A DNA stretch of 64,000 bases from Spirulina sp. (GCA_044070495.1 JBIPSI010000002.1:1-64000); one strand, 5' to 3'; positions 29,448-39,661 are shown, numbered from the stretch's first letter. Notes: generated by a model from the letters alone, not told the origin. A program made the numbers and translations.

Positions 29448-30006
29448 TAAGTAGAATCACTTGATGGTCGCCCTACAAAAAGCTGAGTCTATTTAAAGTA
29501 AACATAAAGTACCCAAAGAATATACTGACAGCCTTGCTGAGCGGCCACATAATCGTAGGCAAAGGTAAGGTTTAGGCGCAACCTTGGAGGCCAAAGATAC
29601 CTTGGCAAGACGTTCGTAGATGAGTGAAACGTTCTAGCTTAGTTAAATTTCAGGTAGTAATAATCAGTTATTACATACCAGTCAAGCAAAGTGTAAATGA
29701 CTAGTTTAATTCAGGTTTAATCCAATCTAAGATAGTTCCTCTAGGCTTGTAACTAAGGTTGCATAGCAGTATACGATTTGTGTTTTTGAACATAGCTGAA
29801 AGTCTTTTCGCGCCTAGACATCAGGTCAGCTTATTTCTATATACCACCCAGAATAGCCTCCAAGTTAGGTTGGAGCAGAGTTAAGTCTTCTGCCAGAGAT
29901 TTCAGACTGACAAGAGTTCTACTGATTGATTCGACGGTCTCGCAAATATACGCTGTTTCCCATCTGTTACAGTATTGCCCTGCCAGAAATAGGCTGATTT
30001 TCTGCC

Positions 30007-31563
30007 ATGAACTCCAATTCGTCAATACACCAGTATCCCAAGGCTGAATCTTTTTTCGGGAATAGAAAGATCAAGAAAGAGATTTATTTTTTGACCTTAC
30101 TATTTGTAGTCTTTTTAATTCTGTCTACAGCTTTATCTGCTCAACTCTGGCCAGTTTGGATAGATGAAGTCTTATTAATTGATCCTGGTGTTAACCTTTG
30201 GATGGGTAACGGGTTCACGTCCTCTGCCTGGTATTATCAAACCTACAATGATTTCTGGGCTTGCAACTCTCCTCTGTACTCTTTTCTGATATCTTTCTGG
30301 CTGTCTATCGTTGGCTTTTCAGTACCAGCCACTCGATTTTTAAATTATGGCCTTATTGTTGCAGCCCTGGGGATACTTTGGCTGGCAATCTATCGACTTA
30401 AGATGATTCAATCCACGAGGGATAGAATAATTGGCTTGTCGATTTTACTGTTGAGCACAGGTATTAGCTTTAACTATTTGTCTGGACGCTACGACTGTCT
30501 GGGGATTTTGCTATTTGCAGGACTGATTCTAAACTATAGTCTTCCATCATCCCCCTTGCGATCAGTTGCTTTTATTGTCCTTGGGATATTGATTCCATTT
30601 ACAGGATTTCATCTCATTCCCTATGCAATAGTTATGGCCATTTTGCTGATTATTTATCTCAGAAAGATGGTCATAAAAGCGATTGCTCTTACTGCCATCG
30701 GCGTTGCTTTGGGTATTATCGGTCTATTGTTGCTTTATCTAATTCAAGGCGTACTTGATATCTTTATTCAGTCCGTTGGTGGCCACTCTCTGGCTGGAGT
30801 AGATCTCTCTGAGGGGGTGGGCGAAGCCAGCCTTACAGGAAAAATTGGCTACGTATTGACGAACTTCTTTCCTATTCTTCTATCTCGAATGGAGAGCATT
30901 ATCCAATGGTACCTGCGTGATAAAACCTTTGTATTTCTCTATATGGCAGCCCTTACACTGGTGACCATTCAGGTGATCGAGAAACGCTTCCACTGGAGGT
31001 CTCCCCTTGGGTTTGCCCTCGTATCTGGATTGGTTATTCCCCTTTTTATGGGGTTGGTAAGAAACTATCCAGACTACTACACCTGGATGGCGATCTTACC
31101 TGTAACCTTGGGAGTATCAGCCACCCTTTATGAATGGCGGGATCGATCTCTATCGGCTCAACCAGCTATTTGGGCTGTTATTGCATTATTAGGTGCAGCC
31201 ATCTTAGTTGGGTTCCCAAATCGCTTAGTCCATGCGGCTTTATACTGGCAGGATCGCGACTACCAGCGGGTTGAAACATTTGTGGTACAGAATATTGATC
31301 CTAGTGAGACTGTCTACAGCGACTTTGGTCCCTACTACGCTATTCGTAAACAGGTGAGCTTTGTGTTATTCCCAACCTATCTAGATGTCATCACCGATAC
31401 CGACAAAGAAAAGATCTCTACTTTACTAGTTAACACTAGTCAGATACACCATAATTACCAAGATATTAATCTCTTTGAAATTCTTGGTGGCGAGTGGGAA
31501 GAAGCTGATTCTAAGCTAGATACGAGTCAGTTTAACTTGCGAATATTTCGGCGTTCCAAATAG
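30007..31563 (+). CDS. GT-C fold (ArnT/PMT-like) integral membrane glycosyltransferase
   Basis: WIDE acidic motif in the first loop, SPLY, GRYD, more than 10 TM segments; AT-richer than the flanks. Confidence 0.6.
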   Translation: MNSNSSIHQYPKAESFFGNRKIKKEIYFLTLLFVVFLILSTALSAQLWPVWIDEVLLIDPGVNLWMGNGFTSSAWYYQTYNDFWACNSPLYSFLISFWLSIVGFSVPATRFLNYGLIVAALGILWLAIYRLKMIQSTRDRIIGLSILLLSTGISFNYLSGRYDCLGILLFAGLILNYSLPSSPLRSVAFIVLGILIPFTGFHLIPYAIVMAILLIIYLRKMVIKAIALTAIGVALGIIGLLLLYLIQGVLDIFIQSVGGHSLAGVDLSEGVGEASLTGKIGYVLTNFFPILLSRMESIIQWYLRDKTFVFLYMAALTLVTIQVIEKRFHWRSPLGFALVSGLVIPLFMGLVRNYPDYYTWMAILPVTLGVSATLYEWRDRSLSAQPAIWAVIALLGAAILVGFPNRLVHAALYWQDRDYQRVETFVVQNIDPSETVYSDFGPYYAIRKQVSFVLFPTYLDVITDTDKEKISTLLVNTSQIHHNYQDINLFEILGGEWEEADSKLDTSQFNLRIFRRSK

Positions 31564-31798
31564 CTCTTTAAAATCTTTGCCTGGTGAAATAAACTTCACT
31601 GATTCAAGTCCCTCCAGTCATCGGTAAATTAACTTTCTTGCGTTCATTCCATCTGAAAAGCTTTTGTAAATAGAGTTTGCTCAAAGCGGCAGGTTTTCCT
31701 GACTCAGGCCTTACAAAGCTTAGACTTCGCGATAATCAAAGAGATCCAGTTACTTTGGCATTAGTTCGTTTTTGCAATCTAATTATGGTGATTTGATC

Positions 31799-32767
31799 AT
31801 GGCCTTACAAAGTCCTCAGACCATGAAAAAAAAGAAAGCGAAGAAGACAATTCTACCTTATTTTTTGGCTTTAAGGCCGAGGCAATGGACTAAGAATTTA
31901 GTCATTTTTGCAGCTCCGCTATTTTCCTTTAGTCTCGACTTAACGTCATGGCTATATTCACTATTTGCCTTTATACTTTTCTGCGGATTGTCAGGTAGTT
32001 TTTATCTTGTAAACGATAGCCTTGATGTCGAGGCTGATCGACAACATCCAACCAAGTGTAAACGGCCAATTGCCGCAGGCCTAGTTAGTGTGCCAGAAGC
32101 AATTTTTATGGCTATTTTCCTGATGGTAGGCACTATCGTTTTGGGTTGGCGACATGAGCCTATGCTGGGGACTACCTTGATCATGTATGCGGTGCTACAG
32201 ATTGCCTATAACCTAAAGCTAAAACACACTGTGATTTTAGATGTGGTCGCCATCTCGTTAGGGTTCGTCCTCAGGGCCTACGCTGGGGCTGCGGCTAGCG
32301 GCGTTTCCCTATCCAGTTGGTTTCTGCTTTGCACGGCCATGCTGGCCCTATTTCTTGGGGTGGAGAAACGCAAAGCCGAGTTACGCCTCAGCCAAATGAA
32401 GGGGGGAAAGTCCCGTAAAGTACTATATCGATACTCACTGCCCCTCCTTGCACGGATGGAAGGCGCGGTCACTACTGGTGCCATCATGTGCTACGCCCTG
32501 TGGAGTTCAGGCCCAACGGTAGGGGGATCGCCTACCCCTTGGATGATGTTGACGCTGCCGTTTGTGCTGTATGGCATCTTTCGTTACCAGTTATTGAGTG
32601 ATCCAGATGAAATAGCCCGTCGCACCAACGGTACCGATCATGGAGGCCAAAGCGAACGACCTGAAGAGGTATTACTCAGTGATCGGCCCATTCTGCTCAC
32701 GGTGGCGAGTTGGGCAGCAACCGCTGGAATTATTCTATATCTGTATAACCAAGGAAGTCTGGCTTAG
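31799..32767 (+). CDS. Decaprenyl-phosphate phosphoribosyltransferase (UbiA family)
   Basis: LRPRQWTKN, YLVNDSLDVEADRQHPTKCKRPIAAG, GFVLRA, EKRKAEL, YGIFRY. Confidence 0.88.
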   Translation: MALQSPQTMKKKKAKKTILPYFLALRPRQWTKNLVIFAAPLFSFSLDLTSWLYSLFAFILFCGLSGSFYLVNDSLDVEADRQHPTKCKRPIAAGLVSVPEAIFMAIFLMVGTIVLGWRHEPMLGTTLIMYAVLQIAYNLKLKHTVILDVVAISLGFVLRAYAGAAASGVSLSSWFLLCTAMLALFLGVEKRKAELRLSQMKGGKSRKVLYRYSLPLLARMEGAVTTGAIMCYALWSSGPTVGGSPTPWMMLTLPFVLYGIFRYQLLSDPDEIARRTNGTDHGGQSERPEEVLLSDRPILLTVASWAATAGIILYLYNQGSLA

Positions 32768-32867
32768 CTCCGCTAGGTCATGCCGATTTCTTCATTGCTT
32801 AGCTAGTCAATTGTTGCGTGTCTAACTGCATAAGTAATCCGAATCTTCACCCAAAGATGAATAGCCT

Positions 32868-33455
32868 ATGGCCTACAACTTAAGACAAAGGGTCGAAAAA
32901 AACTTGATGGGGAGGCGAAATTTGAAAAAAGTATCTTTCTTGCCTGTATCTCGTCTTGCCCAAGTTGATCTTTCCGATCTGTGCAGGATGGGGATTAGAG
33001 GAATTATTCTAGATCTAGATAACACAATTGTTTCAGAGGATGATCGCTATCTTTCGCCGGAGGCTGAGGTGTGGATTCAGTCTGCTTTACAAAATGGTAT
33101 GGCACTGTTTATTCTCTCCAATGGCAAACGTCGATACCGAGTAGATTATTGGGCTGATCGGCTAAAAGTCCCAGCCCTCAGTCCAGCCCGTAAGCCTTTT
33201 CCTACAGGATTTAGGCGGGCGCTTAAGGTCATGGGGTGTCGCCCCCACCAAACTGTGGTGATTGGGGATAGCCTACATACGGACGTCATTGGAGCGTGGT
33301 TGGCTGGTTGCACCGCCATTCAGGTAGCTAGCTTACCCCATCCTCCTCGATGGTGGGAGCGCATTGCAGGCCGCTGGCTCCAACGAGCGTATCAATCTAG
33401 TGAAGAACTTTGGCCCTTTGATGGCAGTCTTTACCATCAGATTTCTGTGGATTAG
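32868..33455 (+). CDS. YqeG-family HAD IIIA phosphatase
   Basis: ILDLDNTI, ILSN, ARKP, VIGDSLHTDV. Confidence 0.85.
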   Translation: MAYNLRQRVEKNLMGRRNLKKVSFLPVSRLAQVDLSDLCRMGIRGIILDLDNTIVSEDDRYLSPEAEVWIQSALQNGMALFILSNGKRRYRVDYWADRLKVPALSPARKPFPTGFRRALKVMGCRPHQTVVIGDSLHTDVIGAWLAGCTAIQVASLPHPPRWWERIAGRWLQRAYQSSEELWPFDGSLYHQISVD

Positions 33456-33544
33456 GCGAGAGTAGGAACCATTTACCTTTAGACATCCATAGTGAATTTA
33501 ATCGGTTTTACTTCGTTGATTTTGCCCTCGATAGGTTGTCTTTC

Positions 33545-33868
33545 ATGTTTTTTTTAGTGTTGATTATGGCTACCGTGGCCTTGAATACGCTAGCTCAAAT
33601 CTTGCTTAAGGCGGGGTCGGGCCAGTTTCTTCTGAATCCCTATTTATTAGGCGGTATTGCAGCCTACGGGCTAAGCACTCTCATGTATATTTCGGTGCTA
33701 GGTAAGCTCAATTTGTCCCTGGCATATCCACTCATCATTGGCCTGACAACCATTGCCACGACTGTAGCTGGGGCACACTTTTTTCAAGAGAAGGTAGAAC
33801 CGATGGCCTGGGTTGGCATTGGCTTAATGTTGAGTGGTATTAGTGCCCTTACCCTAGGACGACGTTAA
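33545..33868 (+). CDS. SMR/EamA-like 4-TM protein (ArnE/F-like flippase candidate)
   Basis: AQILLK, LSLAYP, FFQEKV...WVGIGL. Confidence 0.75.
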   Translation: MFFLVLIMATVALNTLAQILLKAGSGQFLLNPYLLGGIAAYGLSTLMYISVLGKLNLSLAYPLIIGLTTIATTVAGAHFFQEKVEPMAWVGIGLMLSGISALTLGRR

Positions 33869-33999
33869 GAGGACGTTTGAAAAGGGTTGCCTCAGGTGCG
33901 ATTGGTCGCTAGATCGGTGTAAATCTACGGGATTTTTGACGACTGAGGCTGACCTCATCGGTATAACTTGGGACACGCTTCGGCTTTTCAAACGTCCTC
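33869..33999. mobile_element. IS5/IS1031-like MITE (family C, copy 2)
   Basis: Perfect 16-bp TIR GAGGACGTTTGAAAAG/CTTTTCAAACGTCCTC with TAA target duplication. Confidence 0.85.
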
Positions 34000-34026
34000 T
34001 AAGATCTTGACGATAGGTAACGGTCA

Positions 34027-34116
34027 GGTAGTGTTCTAGAGCTGTGTATTACTTGTCATACATAGGCCTAGAGCACCACCATATTTTGCCGCTAAACACA
34101 GGTCTAGAACACTACC
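34027..34116. mobile_element. MITE with IS1-like ends
   Basis: 21-bp TIR GGTAGTGTTCTAGA(G/C)CTGTGT, 20/21 match; GGT-start ends are typical of IS1; no clear target duplication. Confidence 0.55.
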
Positions 34117-34162
34117 CGGATTTTGAATTCAGGAAAAGCTCCTCGACCCGAAACCGAAGGGC

Positions 34163-34537
34163 TTATGCCAGCACCAAGGGCACGTCCAAACCTTTGTCCA
34201 GTACCCAGCGATTGCCTAGGAAGCGCTACCACCGTCGCTCGGCGCTTTGCGCCTGACGGGCACGACTCGGCACATCATAGGCTTCCCACCCCGGCAGGAT
34301 CAACTGACCACTGCACACCAGCGCGGTCACCATCCAAGCCAGGGCGTTGAGGTGCCGCAGGTCACGGCGATGGCTATATTGATGCAGTAGTGGCAGCACT
34401 TGACAATCCAGGCGGGTGGCGGCTGACATGGTGCAGACTCTGCGATGACACAAATTTCAGCGTCTCATGTCACCGCACCTGTTCCACCTCGCGTCACGAG
34501 ATTTCAAGCCTTTTGCCCACTTCTGTCAGTCAGTCAG
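34163..34537 (-). pseudogene. Truncated IS4-family element (left end plus 5' transposase remnant)
   Basis: End CTGACTGACTGACAGAAG at 34537; MSAATRL..RDLRHLNALAWMVTAL..AQSAERRW*RFL..VPLVLA* with internal stops. Confidence 0.75.
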
Positions 34538-34565
34538 ACAGGGTCGGTGGGTCAGGCCGTTAGGG

Positions 34566-34805
34566 TTAGAATACCTGCTCAATTTCGGCGATTTCGGGGA
34601 TAAATTCCCGCAGGCGACGCTCGATGCCCATGCGTAGGGTCATGGCAGAACTGGGGCAAGATCCACAGGCCCCTTGCAGCCGCAGTTTCACAATCGGGCC
34701 ATCGATTTCCACCAGTTCCACGTTGCCGCCGTCGGCCAGCAGGTAGGGCCGCAGTTCATCTAGCACCTGTTCGACGTTGTCGGAGGTTAGGGCGAGGGTT
34801 TGCAT
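34566..34805 (-). CDS. nfuA: NifU-C domain Fe-S scaffold (cyanobacterial NfuA)
   Basis: [28 protein letters not shown]. Confidence 0.9.
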   Translation of the reverse strand: MQTLALTSDNVEQVLDELRPYLLADGGNVELVEIDGPIVKLRLQGACGSCPSSAMTLRMGIERRLREFIPEIAEIEQVF

Positions 34806-35128
34806 AACAGAATCCTTTGGTGAGAGTCAGCAGTTCTTCTATTGTAAAGATATCCCTGCGGCTCCAACCGTTGAATTCCTCAAGGGCGGCGATAGATCGA
34901 CCCAGGGCAGCGGTACCGTATGGCGAAAAACCCGGTTTCTTCATCGGGTGATGCAAGCGATTTAGTCTTCCCTAGGGTGGACACCGGGTTTCTGAACCGA
35001 CGGCCTCGGGCAGGGGCTGGGGGAGCGATTATTCCTTAGCAAAAAGAGTATTCGCCTACGGAAATCTGGGATAAGCTTAGGGCGATATCCACCCCTCAGG
35101 GGGATGTTCGCTGCTCCCACTCAGTTGT

Positions 35129-35764
35129 ATGCGTATGAAGTGGCCATTTCTGGTTAAACCTGCCCTCGTTCGGCGCTTGCCCTCCCGTTTGCTGCTGGCC
35201 TCGCTAGGTACAGCCCTGACCACCGCCGCCGTCATTCCCCTCCACCAGACCGTTCAGGCTCAGAATATTGCCCTGGGCAGCAGCACGATGCTGTGGACCC
35301 AGGCCTCTTTCCCGGTCGAAAATTTCCAGACCTACACCTCCCCCTTTGGCTATCGTCGCGACCCCTACAGTGGGACGCAGCGGTTTCACTACGGCCTAGA
35401 TCTCGCCGCCCCCAACGGCAGCTACATTCGCAACTGGTGGGCCGGGGAAGTGCTGTGGGTGGAAGACCAGGGAGCCTGCGGTACCTCCATTGCCATCCAG
35501 TCGGGGGAATGGACTCACATCTATTGCCACATGCATGGCCGCGTAGAGGGCAGTGGCCAAAGCCAGGTATTGATTGATCGCGAGGGCGGCATTCAACTGC
35601 GCCCAGGGCAAATGGTACCCGCCGGAGCCCGCATTGGCCGCGTGGGGATGACGGGCCGCACCACAGGCCCCCACCTGCACTGGGGCATGAAGTACCAAGG
35701 CAACTGGGTGGATCCAGCCCTGGTGCTCCAGGCCATGTACCTCAGTCAGCAAGCGGCTCGATAA
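35129..35764 (+). CDS. M23 family metallopeptidase
   Basis: HYGLDLA, YCHM, GRTTGPHLHW. Confidence 0.9.
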   Translation: MRMKWPFLVKPALVRRLPSRLLLASLGTALTTAAVIPLHQTVQAQNIALGSSTMLWTQASFPVENFQTYTSPFGYRRDPYSGTQRFHYGLDLAAPNGSYIRNWWAGEVLWVEDQGACGTSIAIQSGEWTHIYCHMHGRVEGSGQSQVLIDREGGIQLRPGQMVPAGARIGRVGMTGRTTGPHLHWGMKYQGNWVDPALVLQAMYLSQQAAR

Positions 35765-35767
35765 GCG

Positions 35768-36565
35768 GTGTCAGGCAGAGTGGTGAGGGGGATGAGGGGC
35801 ATCCGCAACCTAGGGCTAGGGCTGATGATGGGCCTAGCGCTTTTGCTGAATGGCTGCTTTCAGGCCGACCTCACCCTCCGGTTTGACCACCATCACCATG
35901 GCCAATGGAGCCAAACCGTTACCCTGGGCGAGCGCAACCTGGCCTTTGCCAGCGATGCCCTGACCCCTTGGCTTCAGCAACTCCGTCCGGCGGTGCAGCG
36001 GTTGGGGGGTCGCCTGCGCCAAACCCCTACCGCCATCGAGCTAACGGTACCCTTCAGCACCCCAGCGGATTTGGCAGAACGCTTTAACCGGGTATTGGCA
36101 GACCCGATCCCTGGGGAACCCGTTGGTTCACTCCCTGGTGTCCCCCTTGAAGCTCCCGCCGCCACGGTGATTACCCTACCCGCCCTGGGAACGGTGCCCT
36201 TTTACCTAGAAACCCAGGAGCAAAACTGGGGGCTATTCAGTCGAGTGCGGCTGAGGTACGACTTGGATTTGCGTGGGGTGGAATTTTCCTCGGACTCTGC
36301 CATCGGTAGCGACGGTCTCCTAGCCAATCCGGTATCCTTGGCGGTGCAGGTGCCTTGGGGAATAAGCCTGGTTGAAACCGAGAGCCTTGTCCCTGCCCAA
36401 ACCAATCCCACCGAAGCCCGGTGGATCCTACCCCTAGGGGAACAGAGCCATATCGATGTACGGTTTTGGCTCCCCAACTGGATAGGGCTGGGGGGGGTGA
36501 TCCTGGCCTTCACCGTGCTGATGGGCTACGTGATGCGCTATCGCTGGCTAGGGCCACCCCGGTGA
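35768..36565 (+). CDS. DUF3153-like lipoprotein
   Basis: LLNGC lipobox, YDLDLRG, FWLPNWIGLG C-terminal TM. Confidence 0.7.
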   Translation: MSGRVVRGMRGIRNLGLGLMMGLALLLNGCFQADLTLRFDHHHHGQWSQTVTLGERNLAFASDALTPWLQQLRPAVQRLGGRLRQTPTAIELTVPFSTPADLAERFNRVLADPIPGEPVGSLPGVPLEAPAATVITLPALGTVPFYLETQEQNWGLFSRVRLRYDLDLRGVEFSSDSAIGSDGLLANPVSLAVQVPWGISLVETESLVPAQTNPTEARWILPLGEQSHIDVRFWLPNWIGLGGVILAFTVLMGYVMRYRWLGPPR

Positions 36566-36608
36566 GTAAGATAGACCTAGACAAAGTGAACCCTTAAGAT
36601 GCAAGGCT

Positions 36609-36953
36609 ATGAAACAAATTAACTTCGTTGTCATTTTTGTCATTGCCCTGGCCCTGGTGTTGTTTGGCATCGAAAACACTGAACCGGTGCTGATTCACAT
36701 TGCCAAGGGGCTGGATGTGGAGGCTCCCCTCTGTGTTGAGCTAATTATGGCCATGGGGGTGGGGGCGGTACTGGCCTGGGTGTTTAGCGTGTGGGCTCAG
36801 GTACAGGGCTACTTTTCCGTGGGGCAGCAGGTGAAGCAGCGGGAACTGCGCATCCAAGAACTGGAACAAGACGTGGAGCGCTACCGGGTAGAACTGGAGG
36901 AACAGAGCCTGCTGCTGCCCGCCTCAGAAGCGAAAGCAGAAGGGCAGAGCTAA
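36609..36953 (+). CDS. LapA (DUF1049) family membrane protein
   Basis: LVLFGIENTEPV, two TM segments, coiled-coil tail. Confidence 0.75.
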   Translation: MKQINFVVIFVIALALVLFGIENTEPVLIHIAKGLDVEAPLCVELIMAMGVGAVLAWVFSVWAQVQGYFSVGQQVKQRELRIQELEQDVERYRVELEEQSLLLPASEAKAEGQS

Positions 36954-37077
36954 GATAGGCCCAGTCTGTGCCGGGGTTACCTAAGACCAGACCATCGCCC
37001 CAGCCTATCGATTGCGCTGGTTCTGACCGTCTGCCCCATTCCCATCGGTATGGCGACCTTCCTCCATCGGTAACCCT

Positions 37078-37950
37078 ATGGCTTCCTCCTCCCTTGCCCA
37101 AACCGCCATTGCCTTCCTGATCGACCTGGCCGAACGGGGCGAAATCGACCCCTGGGATGTGAAGGTGATCGACGTGATGGATCGCTTCCTCACTAGCCTG
37201 CACGACCAGGCCGAATCCCTGGCCCAGCAGGGCCGCACCCCCTACGAAGCCAACCTCTCCGAATCGGGCCAAGCCTTTCTCTATGCCTCCATGCTGGTGC
37301 TGCTGAAGGCCGATTCTATGGTGCGCAGCGAAGCCGAGGAGGCTGAAGAGGTCGAGGAGGATGGGTTCTGGCCAGAGGACGATCTCGCCACCGTACCCCT
37401 GCCCCGCAACCTAGAGCGCCACCTGCATCGGCGGGCGGTGGCGGTGCCCCCCAAACGGCGGCGAGTCACCCTCAACGAACTGATCCAACAGCTCGAAGCC
37501 ATGGCCGAGGTGATGGCCGAACACCAGCCCCGCAATCGGGTACGCCGCGCCAAGCCCCAGGCCAAACGCCAAGCCGTCCGCGCCATTGCCCAACTGGCCC
37601 ACCAGGAAAACCTCTCGGAAATTGCCGCCGCCCTAGAACAGTTTCTCGACGCCTACTGGGACACCCTAGAGGACGACCATCCCTGCTGGCTGGATTTTGA
37701 ACAGTTGATCCAGGCTTGGCCAGACTTTCAGCCCGAGGAATTGAAAACCAGCCACCATTTCGAGACCGACGCCGAAGCCGCCACCCACGAGCGAGTCGGT
37801 GTTTTTTGGGGCCTGCTGTTTCTCTCGGCCCAGTCGAAGGTGGAACTATCCCAACAGGTGTTTTACCGAGACCTGCGGGTACGTAATCTCAACCGTTCTC
37901 CCCTCAGTGCCGAAGAAGCAGGGCTAGCTCCCTTTATCCTGCCAGACTAA
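37078..37950 (+). CDS. scpA: Segregation and condensation protein A
   Basis: LIDLAERGEIDPWDV, FLYASMLVLLKA, FWGLLFLS..KVELSQ. Confidence 0.88.
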   Translation: MASSSLAQTAIAFLIDLAERGEIDPWDVKVIDVMDRFLTSLHDQAESLAQQGRTPYEANLSESGQAFLYASMLVLLKADSMVRSEAEEAEEVEEDGFWPEDDLATVPLPRNLERHLHRRAVAVPPKRRRVTLNELIQQLEAMAEVMAEHQPRNRVRRAKPQAKRQAVRAIAQLAHQENLSEIAAALEQFLDAYWDTLEDDHPCWLDFEQLIQAWPDFQPEELKTSHHFETDAEAATHERVGVFWGLLFLSAQSKVELSQQVFYRDLRVRNLNRSPLSAEEAGLAPFILPD

Positions 37951-38001
37951 TCCCACAAATCCAAATTCCATCCCCCGATGCCTCCACCCGCCTAACGGTG
38001 C

Positions 38002-38024
38002 GTAGGGGCGAGGTTTCCTCACCC
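38002..38024 (+). repeat. GTAG-type REP-like palindrome
   Basis: GTAGGGGCGAGGTTTCCTCACCC; related to the copies at 45488-45557. Confidence 0.55.
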
Positions 38025-38094
38025 AAGTTCCCGCCCAGGTTCCCGCCCAGGAAAACCGGGATCATCAACGCGAATTCAGGAAAATCCCTGCCTA

Positions 38095-38222
38095 GAATGT
38101 GTCATCAATTTCGGCCCAAGCCCTTGTGGGCCAAGCCTTTTCTAGAAGACCGAATCAAGTCCTAGACTAGGGGCTGCAACCCTTGATTCCTGAGCTATCA
38201 GAGCCTATTGGATGACAGCCCC
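38095..38222. mobile_element. Degenerate MITE (IS5-like ends, TA flanks)
   Basis: TA|GAATGTGTCATCAATT...ATTGGATGACAGCCCC|TA imperfect TIRs. Confidence 0.45.
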
Positions 38223-39283
38223 TAAAACTGTTGGCCAATATAGATAGAACGCACTTCTCCATTGCGACGAATCACCGCCTCTTGGTTGGAGACCGAGACC
38301 AAGCTCCAGCCTGCATTGCCAATGCGCTCACCCATGTAAACCCGCTGGGATACGCCGTTAATTTCAAACAGGGCGGCGGAACGATCCCCTAACTCCAACA
38401 CCCCCACCAAAACATGGTTGACCACGGGGGCAGCGGGCTGGGACGGAGTTGCGGCACTGCCAGGGGCAGGTACGATGGGCGTGGCGGGTAGGGATCCTGC
38501 CATGGAGGGACTCCCCAGGGAAGGCGGGGCAGTCGGTAGGGCGGGGGGGGTGGCCTGGTAGGGAATGTAGACCCGCTCAATTACGTTGATGCGCCCCGGC
38601 AAGCCCAGGCTAGATCCCTGGGAGGGCAACGTTAATCCACCGGGGGGCAGAAGGGATCCATGGGGCAAAAGAGCTTGGGCCTGGGGCGCTTCCGTTTGGG
38701 CTTGGGCGACCTGCTTTTCAATGGCATCTAGGGAACGCTGGAGGTAGGCCAAAAACTCCGCATCGCTTTGCCCCGCCGAGGCCACACTGTCTGCAACTGA
38801 GTCGCTGGGTGGGGTGCCCTCAGGCCGCTGACCAAACCACAACAGGGCCACAACTCCCGCCAGGGAGCAGGCTGTACAGGCCAACAACAGGCGATCTAGC
38901 CATAACCCCATGCGGGTCTTAGGGGGCGCATCGGGCGTGGTAGGAGGCTCGACAGCGGGCACAAGGGTGGTGATAGGGGCCGCCAAGGCTCTGTCCTGAC
39001 CAGGATCGGGGGCTGCTGCCGGGGTTGGCAAGGGCTGAAGGGCGGCTTCATCGGGGCTGGGGGGGGCTTTGAGTTCCTCCTCCACGGCGGCTAGAGCGGT
39101 TTCGTCTCCGTCCAGCAGCCGTTCAAGATCGCCAAATAGGCTGCCCATTAGGGTATCGGCATAGGTGCTCACCATCCCAGCCGGATTCATCACCGTGGTC
39201 TCAGCCGCATCTTCCAGGGAGGGCTGGGGGGCCGTTTCGTCGGGAAGTAGGGTGGCCGTGTTTAGGGGAGTGTCTGGGCTCAT
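38222..39283 (-). CDS. Single-TM Pro-rich protein with C-terminal GspC/PilP-like beta domain
   Basis: HVLVGVLELGDRSAALFEING...GERIG..GWSLVSV. Confidence 0.6.
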   Translation of the reverse strand: MSPDTPLNTATLLPDETAPQPSLEDAAETTVMNPAGMVSTYADTLMGSLFGDLERLLDGDETALAAVEEELKAPPSPDEAALQPLPTPAAAPDPGQDRALAAPITTLVPAVEPPTTPDAPPKTRMGLWLDRLLLACTACSLAGVVALLWFGQRPEGTPPSDSVADSVASAGQSDAEFLAYLQRSLDAIEKQVAQAQTEAPQAQALLPHGSLLPPGGLTLPSQGSSLGLPGRINVIERVYIPYQATPPALPTAPPSLGSPSMAGSLPATPIVPAPGSAATPSQPAAPVVNHVLVGVLELGDRSAALFEINGVSQRVYMGERIGNAGWSLVSVSNQEAVIRRNGEVRSIYIGQQF

Positions 39284-39661
39284 GGGCGTTGTCCTAGGGA
39301 TAGCATCCCAACTCAGCAAATTAAGCAATCGAAATCAGGCTAGCAACCTGGTAACCCAGGCCCGGTGAACGAAGGATGCAGGGGCAGAACCTGGGCGACG
39401 AGACCCTATCGGCCTCAAGGGTTCACCTCAGCCTTGGGCTAGGTCGTAATTTGCTGAAGTGTACTCCAACTTTCAGAATCTTTCACTATTTCGTGATGTT
39501 TCACGAAGTCACAGATCATACCAAGGACGGCTTGACGACCCTCGATTCCCCAGTAGTGTATGGTTGATCGTCGAATCAATCAGGGGGTTTCCAGGTGAAA
39601 TCGTAGCCGCAACGGCATCCTACGGTTCTGGGTTTTGAAAATCGGGGCTATGGGATTCAGG

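Noticed and set aside
29265..29450. 61-aa ORF
   Set aside because: Made entirely of MITE sequence
34044..34350. Short plus-strand ORFs
   Set aside because: Overlap the IS1-like MITE and the antisense strand of the IS4 remnant
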